Made by a program: the position numbers and the translations under genes. From NCBI GenBank assembly GCA_026188615.1, contig GCA_026188615.1_4525.1: a stretch of DNA of 64,000 nucleotides; one strand, given 5' to 3'. The stretch comes from a phage. Shown here piece after piece: positions 57,543 to 64,000 of the stretch; within the stretch, counting starts at the first letter, position 1; the number at the start of each line of letters is the position of its first letter. The notes under the pieces are model-generated. The model ran no database searches. It was not told the origin of the DNA and was given only the letters and a program-made list of their open reading frames with translations.

Positions 57543-57571
57543 ATAGTATCACCATCCTTGGTGCTTGTACA
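57543..57571 (-). promoter_or_regulatory. early-type promoter
   Basis: TGTACA-N17-TACTAT upstream of small ORF 57348..57512. Confidence 0.4.
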
Positions 57572-57580
57572 TCGTTATTT

Positions 57581-57886
57581 TTAATTTTTCCAACTTAACA
57601 ACTTGTAGTGTCCTTCATTCATACGTGGTTTATCCCAAGAAATACTAATATATGATTCGCTGTCAATAGAAGTCGCCGGGTTTTTCTCTACCGTAAGACC
57701 TTCACTTTCCAGCCATTCAATAGTATTTGCGCATAAATCGGAAGAACACCTCATCGGGAACCGGCAAGATTTTTCACCTTTAGCTGCAGTGTTATACATC
57801 TTTTCTAAAATACGCTTTTGCACGTTTTTAAAAATAGTTTCAGCAGATTCTTCAGATTTTTTATTCAGTTCAGTGTAAAGACTCAT
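57581..57886 (-). CDS. hypothetical protein
   Basis: 101-aa ORF. Confidence 0.5.
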   Translation of the reverse strand: MSLYTELNKKSEESAETIFKNVQKRILEKMYNTAAKGEKSCRFPMRCSSDLCANTIEWLESEGLTVEKNPATSIDSESYISISWDKPRMNEGHYKLLSWKN

Positions 57887-57914
57887 AATATTTTCCTCAT
57901 GTTTTTATAGGTCT

Positions 57915-57943
57915 ATAGTAACACATCTAGGGAAGAAGTAAAC
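57915..57943 (-). promoter_or_regulatory. early-type promoter
   Basis: GTTTAC-N17-TACTAT just after terminator 57974..58001. Confidence 0.5.
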
Positions 57944-57973
57944 ATCTTTATGAAATATTTTTATGCCCTAGAC

Positions 57974-58001
57974 ACCAAAAAGCCCCAACCTTTCGGAAGG
58001 G
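57974..58001 (-). terminator. rho-independent terminator
   Basis: AGCCCC...GGGGCT then T5; near-copy of terminator at 43376..43404; downstream of RNA region. Confidence 0.65.
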
Positions 58002-58052
58002 GCTATGCCTTGCGGCAACCTTGTCGGGGTTCCACCTGCTAAGGCAAGTGTT

Positions 58053-58144
58053 TGTACGAAACGCCGGGATTTGAACCCGGTTATCAAGTAGTTGACGCTA
58101 CTCAATATTTTTAAAAGGCCATATCTCGACCATATCCGAACGTT
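58053..58144 (-). ncRNA. tRNA-like structured RNA element
   Basis: T-arm CCGGG-TTCAAAT-CCCGG followed by 7-nt strand pairing with CGGAACG 77 nt upstream; no D or anticodon arm could be folded. Confidence 0.3.
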
Positions 58145-58315
58145 CCGTCAAAAACGCTACTCGGCTTACGGCAAAGATATTTCCTCGAATCGATAATTCG
58201 GTGCGCCGTTTCTGCTGTGATGTAAGGGGATATTAACAAATCGTAAAGATTTATTAAGACCAGTCCTTACTCAGGGAACATCAGTCCGACGACTTACCGG
58301 TAGCGACCCGGCTTC

Positions 58316-58711
58316 TTATTTTGGCATATCATCAATTTGCTCTCGACGCCGACGCCATAGATTAATCGCTTCATTAACACATTCGGCGTTTGGTATATGA
58401 CGGCAATAATATAATGATTCGCGTTTCTGGAACCGATGTTGCAATGGGATTTCGTTTAAAAGGTCTTTACGGTCAAAGTATTCAAAACTAGTTAACCCGG
58501 AACGGTTTTTAATGAACTTCCAATGACCGAATTCATTTTGAACATAGATGTAATCGGCATGCTGATACAGCGAATTAATCAATCGATGAGAAATAACTGT
58601 ATCATATTCGTTAAAATAAAACGTTAAATCATGAACTACCAGATAAATATTGCCTTTCATATTTTCCTCACTTAAAGTTGGTGCCTCTAGAAAGATTTGA
58701 ACTCTCACCAT
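58316..58711 (-). CDS. hypothetical protein (start uncertain)
   Basis: 131-aa ORF; likely begins at internal MKGNIYLVVHDL. Confidence 0.45.
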   Translation of the reverse strand: MVRVQIFLEAPTLSEENMKGNIYLVVHDLTFYFNEYDTVISHRLINSLYQHADYIYVQNEFGHWKFIKNRSGLTSFEYFDRKDLLNEIPLQHRFQKRESLYYCRHIPNAECVNEAINLWRRRREQIDDMPK

Positions 58712-58739
58712 TAACCTTAGAATGATTATATGCTATCCA

Positions 58740-59405
58740 TTACACTATAGAGGCAATTAAATTATTTACAATATCTTCTTTATAAACTTCAGCATAATGA
58801 AGTTCATATATTTCCCATCCTAATGATTTTATAATATCATGGCGTTCTTTATAATAAGGGGCCAAAATCTTTTTCTTAGGATTGGAGTAATGTTGGTTTC
58901 CATTAACTTCAATAATAATCTTTTTATCTATTAAAGCAATATCCGTGCAATACGCTCGGTTTTTAACCGGTTGGTATTCTTCAATAAATGAAATTCCATT
59001 TTCTATTAATTTAGATTTCAAAAATTCACAAGGCACAGATTTAAATTTTGTATTTTTCTTCCAAGGATGTTTATCGGGGTTTTCATTCAACCATTTTTTC
59101 CGAGCATTAGATATTTTTATTCTAGCTTCCTCAGAGTGTTCTCTACCTAATGAAGCGGCTGACAATTTTTGTCTAGTCTCTTCCGAAATTACTACAGGAA
59201 CACCAGTCTTTTTAGATACAACATACTGGTTTAAATTACCTGAAGCTATACGTGCTTTATTCATTGCTGCAATGGCTGATTTAGAACTTTCTTTATACAA
59301 TTCCAATTTAGGGTTGGATTTACACCATCTAGTGTGGTTAGCCATCCATCCTTTAGGTTTATTAGAAATATCAAATTCCATATTACAATGTTTACAAATG
59401 CTCAT
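58740..59405 (-). CDS. putative endonuclease (Zn finger, NUMOD3-like helix, C-terminal Vsr/DUF559-like PD-(D/E)xK domain)
   Basis: Track ORF starts on TTG; ATG MSICKHCN...; C-terminal IIEVNGNQHY...ERHDIIKSLGWEIYEL; sits beside the tRNA genes. Confidence 0.5.
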   Translation of the reverse strand: MSICKHCNMEFDISNKPKGWMANHTRWCKSNPKLELYKESSKSAIAAMNKARIASGNLNQYVVSKKTGVPVVISEETRQKLSAASLGREHSEEARIKISNARKKWLNENPDKHPWKKNTKFKSVPCEFLKSKLIENGISFIEEYQPVKNRAYCTDIALIDKKIIIEVNGNQHYSNPKKKILAPYYKERHDIIKSLGWEIYELHYAEVYKEDIVNNLIASIV

Positions 59406-59415
59406 TACCAATTAT

Positions 59416-59434
59416 CTCCTATAAAATATAGGAG
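59416..59434 (-). promoter_or_regulatory. hairpin sequestering the Shine-Dalgarno of the endonuclease gene
   Basis: Perfect 8-bp inverted repeat CTCCTATA/TATAGGAG; the AGGAG RBS lies in the 3' arm, ~10 nt upstream of ATG at 59405. Confidence 0.45.
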
Positions 59435-59479
59435 TATTTATTATTTGGATAGAGCACTTAATTTACTTCGTTTAAATTA

Positions 59480-59551
59480 CTGGCGCACTTGGACTCGAAC
59501 CAAGATAAAGAAGTTAACAGCTCCCCGTAATAACCTTTATACGATGCACCA
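59480..59551 (-). tRNA. tRNA-Asn (anticodon GUU)
   Basis: Cloverleaf folded by hand: U1-A71 7-bp acceptor, D loop with GG, anticodon loop CUGUUAA, T arm CTTGG-TTCGAGT-CCAAG; no encoded CCA. Confidence 0.7.
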
Positions 59552-59557
59552 TTTGTT

Positions 59558-59632
59558 TGGTGACCCTGGCTGGTTTCGATCCAGCTACCTATCAGTTATG
59601 AGCTGACAGCTCTCCCATTGAGCTACAGGGCC
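59558..59632 (-). tRNA. tRNA with CAU anticodon (Met or Ile2-type), CCA encoded
   Basis: Acceptor GGCCCTG/CAGGGTC, D stem GCTC/GAGC, anticodon loop CUCAUAA, T arm GCTGG-ATCGAAA-CCAGC, 3' ACCA. Confidence 0.7.
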
Positions 59633-59694
59633 TAAATAACTTTCTATTATGAAAGGCACTTTAGAGTACCTTTGGTAATAGAGGGTATGAATTA

Positions 59695-59719
59695 ATAATA
59701 ACACATAATTCTTAAAGCA
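59695..59719 (-). promoter_or_regulatory. middle-promoter-like element (TGCTTTA-N12-TATTAT) upstream of tRNA genes
   Basis: MotA box consensus with canonical spacing, ~60 nt upstream of tRNA 5' end. Confidence 0.45.
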
Positions 59720-60227
59720 AATCAATCATTTTAACAGTTGGCAAAACGATTTCTTCTTCAATATAAGCAAATTCGACACGTTCAACTACACGCAAGAAAT
59801 CATAATCATAGTATTCAGAAGCATAGCCAAGAATATCAATAAGACCTTCTGATACCTCATCACCTTTCACAAAGAACAGGTCGAATACACGGGCTTCGTC
59901 TTCTTCAGATTTATAGCCAAGGTCGACTTCAATATCAAAGACCTTTTTAATGAATTCTGGATAAAGCTGGTCTGAGAACAGTCCTTCAACCAAGTATTCA
60001 TAGATTAAAAGCGAGCAATCACTGAATGGTGTATTACCACAGTAACGTTCAGCTTTAGTACTGGAATGACGACTCTTAAATTTCTTCAAGAGATATTTAA
60101 ACTGTTGGAGCTCATGCTCTTCCACACCAAATAATGTTTTGGTTTTATAGTTGTCGCCGTCATTTTCCCAAGTAGTGACATCAATTACGTAACCCTTAGG
60201 AATTGTACTGCCTAAACAAATATTCAT
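59712..60227 (-). CDS. hypothetical protein
   Basis: 171-aa ORF. Confidence 0.55.
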   Translation of the reverse strand: MNICLGSTIPKGYVIDVTTWENDGDNYKTKTLFGVEEHELQQFKYLLKKFKSRHSSTKAERYCGNTPFSDCSLLIYEYLVEGLFSDQLYPEFIKKVFDIEVDLGYKSEEDEARVFDLFFVKGDEVSEGLIDILGYASEYYDYDFLRVVERVEFAYIEEEIVLPTVKMIDLL

Positions 60228-60231
60228 TTAC

Positions 60232-60522
60232 TCACCGTACCATATTAATGTAATTATATTCAATGCAACGTAATTTCAAAGGATTCTTGAAAATATCATA
60301 TTCAAGAGGGCCTTTTTCTGTTTCAATAAAGAAATCAAAGTTAACTGTGTTAAATTTATCGTCTTCACAGAGTAATTTAACTTGCGAAGATGAACGGTCG
60401 ATATAAACCTTTTCAACCTCAAAGTTAGTCAGAATACCGTAGTCATTAACTAGTGCTTTAGCTGCACGTTGGTCGCTTTCATATCCATTCTCGACAGATT
60501 TTACTTTAGCATAAAGAATCAT
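60232..60522 (-). CDS. hypothetical protein
   Basis: 96-aa ORF. Confidence 0.5.
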   Translation of the reverse strand: MILYAKVKSVENGYESDQRAAKALVNDYGILTNFEVEKVYIDRSSSQVKLLCEDDKFNTVNFDFFIETEKGPLEYDIFKNPLKLRCIEYNYINMVR

Positions 60523-60899
60523 GAATGTTCCACCATTTCAAAGGTATGAGCATCAACAATATGATACCAGTCAAAATTTTCTTCTGCGTTTTTATAAATT
60601 TCGCGAAGAGCCTCAACAGTTTTTCCTGTAGCAACAAGGTCGTCAATACCACCAAGAGGATAACAGTCATAACCAGCAAACAGAAGGAAATTAATAGTTT
60701 CTGTAGGTTCTGGATGCAGAACACCGTTATCGTCTACCACTTCAAAGAAAGTGTAAGAAGGAGTACAAGTTTTAATCCAAGCCCATGCTTGAGCTGCTGA
60801 ATCAAATGGTCTGCGTATCAAACGACAATCAGGGTCTTTAGAAGGATTTGCTTCAAAATCAGCATATACATGATATTTCATTTTACTCACCTTTTGCAA
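60519..60899 (-). CDS. hypothetical protein
   Basis: 126-aa ORF. Confidence 0.5.
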   Translation of the reverse strand: MQKVSKMKYHVYADFEANPSKDPDCRLIRRPFDSAAQAWAWIKTCTPSYTFFEVVDDNGVLHPEPTETINFLLFAGYDCYPLGGIDDLVATGKTVEALREIYKNAEENFDWYHIVDAHTFEMVEHS

Positions 60900-61089
60900 T
60901 TTTATCCATAACGATAGCGATTAAACTGATTAGAAATGCTACTACCAATGAGATAGAATTTTCAGTTGTTGTCAGTAGTCCGCAAATGAATCCTACAAAC
61001 ATCGAAAAACTAAAAGCCATTGAAGCAATTACTACAGCAACATTACGAATCAGTTCAGCGCGTTTCATTTTATTTCTCCATTTACTCAT
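60883..61089 (-). CDS. small membrane protein
   Basis: 68-aa ORF, two TM segments. Confidence 0.5.
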   Translation of the reverse strand: MSKWRNKMKRAELIRNVAVVIASMAFSFSMFVGFICGLLTTTENSISLVVAFLISLIAIVMDKIAKGE

Positions 61090-61105
61090 TTGATTTGATA
61101 GGACT

Positions 61106-61135
61106 ACTATAACATATCCCTATAGGCTTGTATAC
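61106..61135 (-). promoter_or_regulatory. early-type promoter
   Basis: GTATAC-N18-TATAGT. Confidence 0.45.
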
Positions 61136-61137
61136 CT

Positions 61138-61401
61138 TTATTTCAAATATATTGCGTATTTTTTATAGCCACCAGGCTCGTGTCGAAGACCTTTATCATT
61201 CGCAAAACGTTGAATGTTATTGAACTGGTTTTCATCAAGTTCGGATGTGTCAAATATAAAAAAGTTTCGTTTGTTACCAAGCGTGATATGCGGAGTTAAG
61301 TCAATGTTATACAAATTAAGAATATCAGCAATAACCTGATTAACCGCTTTGTTAATTTTCACGCCAGACGATTCTGAGATGAATTCATTGAAAGTTTTCA
61401 T
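61138..61401 (-). CDS. internal protein with capsid targeting sequence
   Basis: CTS MKTFNEFISES at internal Met of track ORF 61138..61413. Confidence 0.6.
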   Translation of the reverse strand: MKTFNEFISESSGVKINKAVNQVIADILNLYNIDLTPHITLGNKRNFFIFDTSELDENQFNNIQRFANDKGLRHEPGGYKKYAIYLK

Positions 61402-61433
61402 TTTAGGTTCCATTTGGTTGTTTTGATAGGACT

Positions 61434-61463
61434 ACTATAGCATAGTCCTATCGTGTTTTAAAC
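61434..61463 (-). promoter_or_regulatory. early-type promoter upstream of internal protein gene
   Basis: GTTTAA-N18-TATAGT. Confidence 0.5.
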
Positions 61464-61466
61464 TAC

Positions 61467-61754
61467 TTACAGAAGAGTTTTTGCAATAATTTTAAGCTGA
61501 GCTACAGAAATATGCTTAGCTTTAAACAGTGCAGTCTCTTCAGCCGGAGAGATAACAATAGTAGCGCCATCTTTCTTAGCAGACCATCCATCCCCTAAGT
61601 AAACAGTACCTTTTACTTCTTCGCCGTCAACCAGACTAATCATTGGTTTACCCTCACGTCCTTTATTTGCTTTAATAACTTCAGAAGTAAGGGTTGCTTC
61701 GGTCAGAGTAGAAACGTTAGCAACAGGTGATATAAATTCTTTATAGGTTTTCAT
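61467..61754 (-). CDS. internal protein with capsid targeting sequence (IPI-like position)
   Basis: 95 aa; N-terminal MKTYKEFIS; adjacent to 57B as ipI is in T4. Confidence 0.65.
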   Translation of the reverse strand: MKTYKEFISPVANVSTLTEATLTSEVIKANKGREGKPMISLVDGEEVKGTVYLGDGWSAKKDGATIVISPAEETALFKAKHISVAQLKIIAKTLL

Positions 61755-61788
61755 TTTATTTCCTTGAGGCTGTTTATTTGATAGGATG

Positions 61789-61818
61789 ATAGTATCACAC
61801 CATCTTCCTTATGTAAAC
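61789..61818 (-). promoter_or_regulatory. early-type promoter upstream of internal protein gene
   Basis: GTTTAC-N18-TACTAT. Confidence 0.5.
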
Positions 61819-61831
61819 TGTTTTGTGAAAA

Positions 61832-62517
<686 letters not shown>

Positions 62518-62521
62518 TTTA

Positions 62522-63256
62522 TTACCTTAAGATTTTTTCAATTTTAGAATAAAGCTCTTCTAACGAGCCGTCGTTTGTAATAACTAAGTCGCCTTCTTCA
62601 ATAGGCAACCCAGCTTCTGTAATATGTTTATCAGTGGATTCCGTACCAGAGCGAACCACATGAATAACTGTAGCACCCATCGCTCTAGCGGTTTCCATTT
62701 CATGGACTTGGCGTGTATCGGTCACAACGTAGTAATCGAAATCACTTCCAATATAATCCATATAGTTTAATGCAAAAAGCTTAACCCAATACATACGGTC
62801 AAATAAATTAACGACAACATCCGTACCGAGGGCTTGCATAAGACGGCGGATTGACCATGTGTCGTTGATATTATTTATAGCTTCACGCAGGGCTTCATAC
62901 GGTTTAATATCTAGATATGAATACCCACCTTCTAATGATGATAATACTTTAACATTATTAATTGGCAAATATTGACTTTGTAAATAAATTAGCGCTTCTT
63001 CCAATAATTCAATAACATCCAACTTATTGAGATTTAATGGTGTTTCACGGTCGTATCCAATGCCTTCAAAGTATTCGTATTTCAACTCTGTGAATACATC
63101 AGGATTTTCAGCATGCCAAAATTGCCACGCTGTTGCTAGAGCGTCTTTAATTGGATATGCTAATTGGTATTTTACGGATTTAAAGTTTGAATTGATGTAA
63201 TCAGCAGTAGTGTCTTTACCACTACGTTTGATGCCACTTAAAAAGATTAGCTCCAT
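62522..63256 (-). CDS. 1: deoxynucleoside monophosphate kinase gp1
   Basis: 244 aa; IFLSGxKRSGKDTTAD, WSIRRLMQALGTD, MGATVIHVVR, ITNDGSLEEL match T4 gp1. Confidence 0.93.
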   Translation of the reverse strand: MELIFLSGIKRSGKDTTADYINSNFKSVKYQLAYPIKDALATAWQFWHAENPDVFTELKYEYFEGIGYDRETPLNLNKLDVIELLEEALIYLQSQYLPINNVKVLSSLEGGYSYLDIKPYEALREAINNINDTWSIRRLMQALGTDVVVNLFDRMYWVKLFALNYMDYIGSDFDYYVVTDTRQVHEMETARAMGATVIHVVRSGTESTDKHITEAGLPIEEGDLVITNDGSLEELYSKIEKILR

Positions 63257-63309
63257 AGGTTTTCCTCATATAATTTATGAGTGATTATAACATACGGAGC
63301 TAGAAGCGA

Positions 63310-63900
63310 TTAACGCAAGGAAGGGTGTCTAGAAATGGATTTAGATTCGACTGCTTGACGTGGTTGTTGAGATACAATGACTTCACCATCCTTTTCTATC
63401 GTCATATACGCATAGTGAATAGTTGCTACGCACGTAACGGCAGGGTCAGAGTCTTCGGTGTAACTAAATTCAATTTCACTCAAATCAGAAATCCATGGTT
63501 TATAGAAATTCGCCGTCAAAACTACTTCAGTCTTATTGTTGTTTAAAATGTGCAAAGTAACAAACTCAGGACCATCAGAGTGTGCCGTATTATGTCCGGT
63601 TATATAGTTATTAGTGCTGAGCATCCATTTATACATGTTCATCCAGGACGTCATGTCTTCATCAACTATAAATCGTACAACAAAAGGGTCATATTCAAAT
63701 GTGGTGCCTGCACGCATTGCACGTCCTAACCCCATTGTGCCTGTCACAGTTTCAACAACAGGAATTCTCACACCTGGCAACGGTGCCGTTTGGGCATTGA
63801 GCACAAAACCTGAAGTTCGTGTACTATCCGGGATATCCACAACAAAGTTTGTTATATTTGTTTGGTTAAAAATCTGTCTCGCTGGACGAGTCATAAGCAC
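63310..63900 (-). CDS. 3: tail-associated protein in gp3 position
   Basis: 196-aa ORF downstream of gene 1; synteny only. Confidence 0.45.
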   Translation of the reverse strand: MLMTRPARQIFNQTNITNFVVDIPDSTRTSGFVLNAQTAPLPGVRIPVVETVTGTMGLGRAMRAGTTFEYDPFVVRFIVDEDMTSWMNMYKWMLSTNNYITGHNTAHSDGPEFVTLHILNNNKTEVVLTANFYKPWISDLSEIEFSYTEDSDPAVTCVATIHYAYMTIEKDGEVIVSQQPRQAVESKSISRHPSLR

Positions 63901-64000
63901 CTCAAAAACGCTTTAATAAAAATGCAGTATAATGGTTTTAGGTCTCTTCCATTAATCCGGTTCAACAGAATATCAGAAGAACGGAAGAGAATAGAATTAA

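Noticed and set aside
58053-58144. Canonical tRNA at the tRNA-like element
   Set aside because: Only the T-arm and acceptor-like helix could be folded; no D or anticodon arm. Kept as low-confidence ncRNA instead of a tRNA call

Overview
This window is a T4-like (Tevenvirinae) phage early/middle gene region with essentially every gene on the minus strand. The gp43 polymerase N-terminus matches my recollection of phage RB69, so I treat it as RB69-like; that is recognition from memory, not a database hit. Gene order follows T4: soc, 56, 61, sp, dmd, 41, 40, uvsX, 42, 43, regA, 62, 44, 45, rpbA, 46, 47, 55, nrdG, nrdD, 49, nrdC, rI, tk, regB, denV, internal proteins, e, nudE, two tRNAs, 57B(acb1), 57A, 1, 3. 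The main departure from T4 is that no alpha- or beta-glucosyltransferase gene is present. Instead, the interval between genes 43 and 42 holds a tightly packed, partly translationally coupled gene set: a KdsD-like SIS sugar-phosphate isomerase, a 47-aa membrane peptide, a fused sugar-1-phosphate nucleotidyltransferase/APH-type kinase, a KdsC-like HAD phosphatase, a Cys-rich 386-aa protein and a 79-aa protein. Two further unassigned genes (299 aa and a thymidylate-kinase-like P-loop protein) sit where T4 has beta-gt. I read this as a candidate nucleotide-pentose (arabinose-type) donor pathway for hypermodifying hydroxymethyl-cytosine DNA; this is inference from motifs and position only. Other accessory content includes a TARG1/DarG-like macro domain protein, five capsid-targeting-sequence-tagged internal protein genes, an AAA+ ATPase next to a minimal nucleotidyltransferase, a tandem paralog family with a conserved C-terminal Cys motif, a host-like grcA, a PspA-like protein and an endonuclease-like gene beside the tRNAs. 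More than 20 minus-strand T4-early-type promoters (GTTTAC -35, TAnnnT -10), a few MotA-box middle promoters, two late TATAAATA promoters and several hairpin terminators punctuate the region. No CRISPR array, integrase or transposase was seen. The ORF track treats TTG/GTG as M, so several starts were moved to internal ATGs with a Shine-Dalgarno; coordinates of non-ORF features are approximate to about 2 nt.
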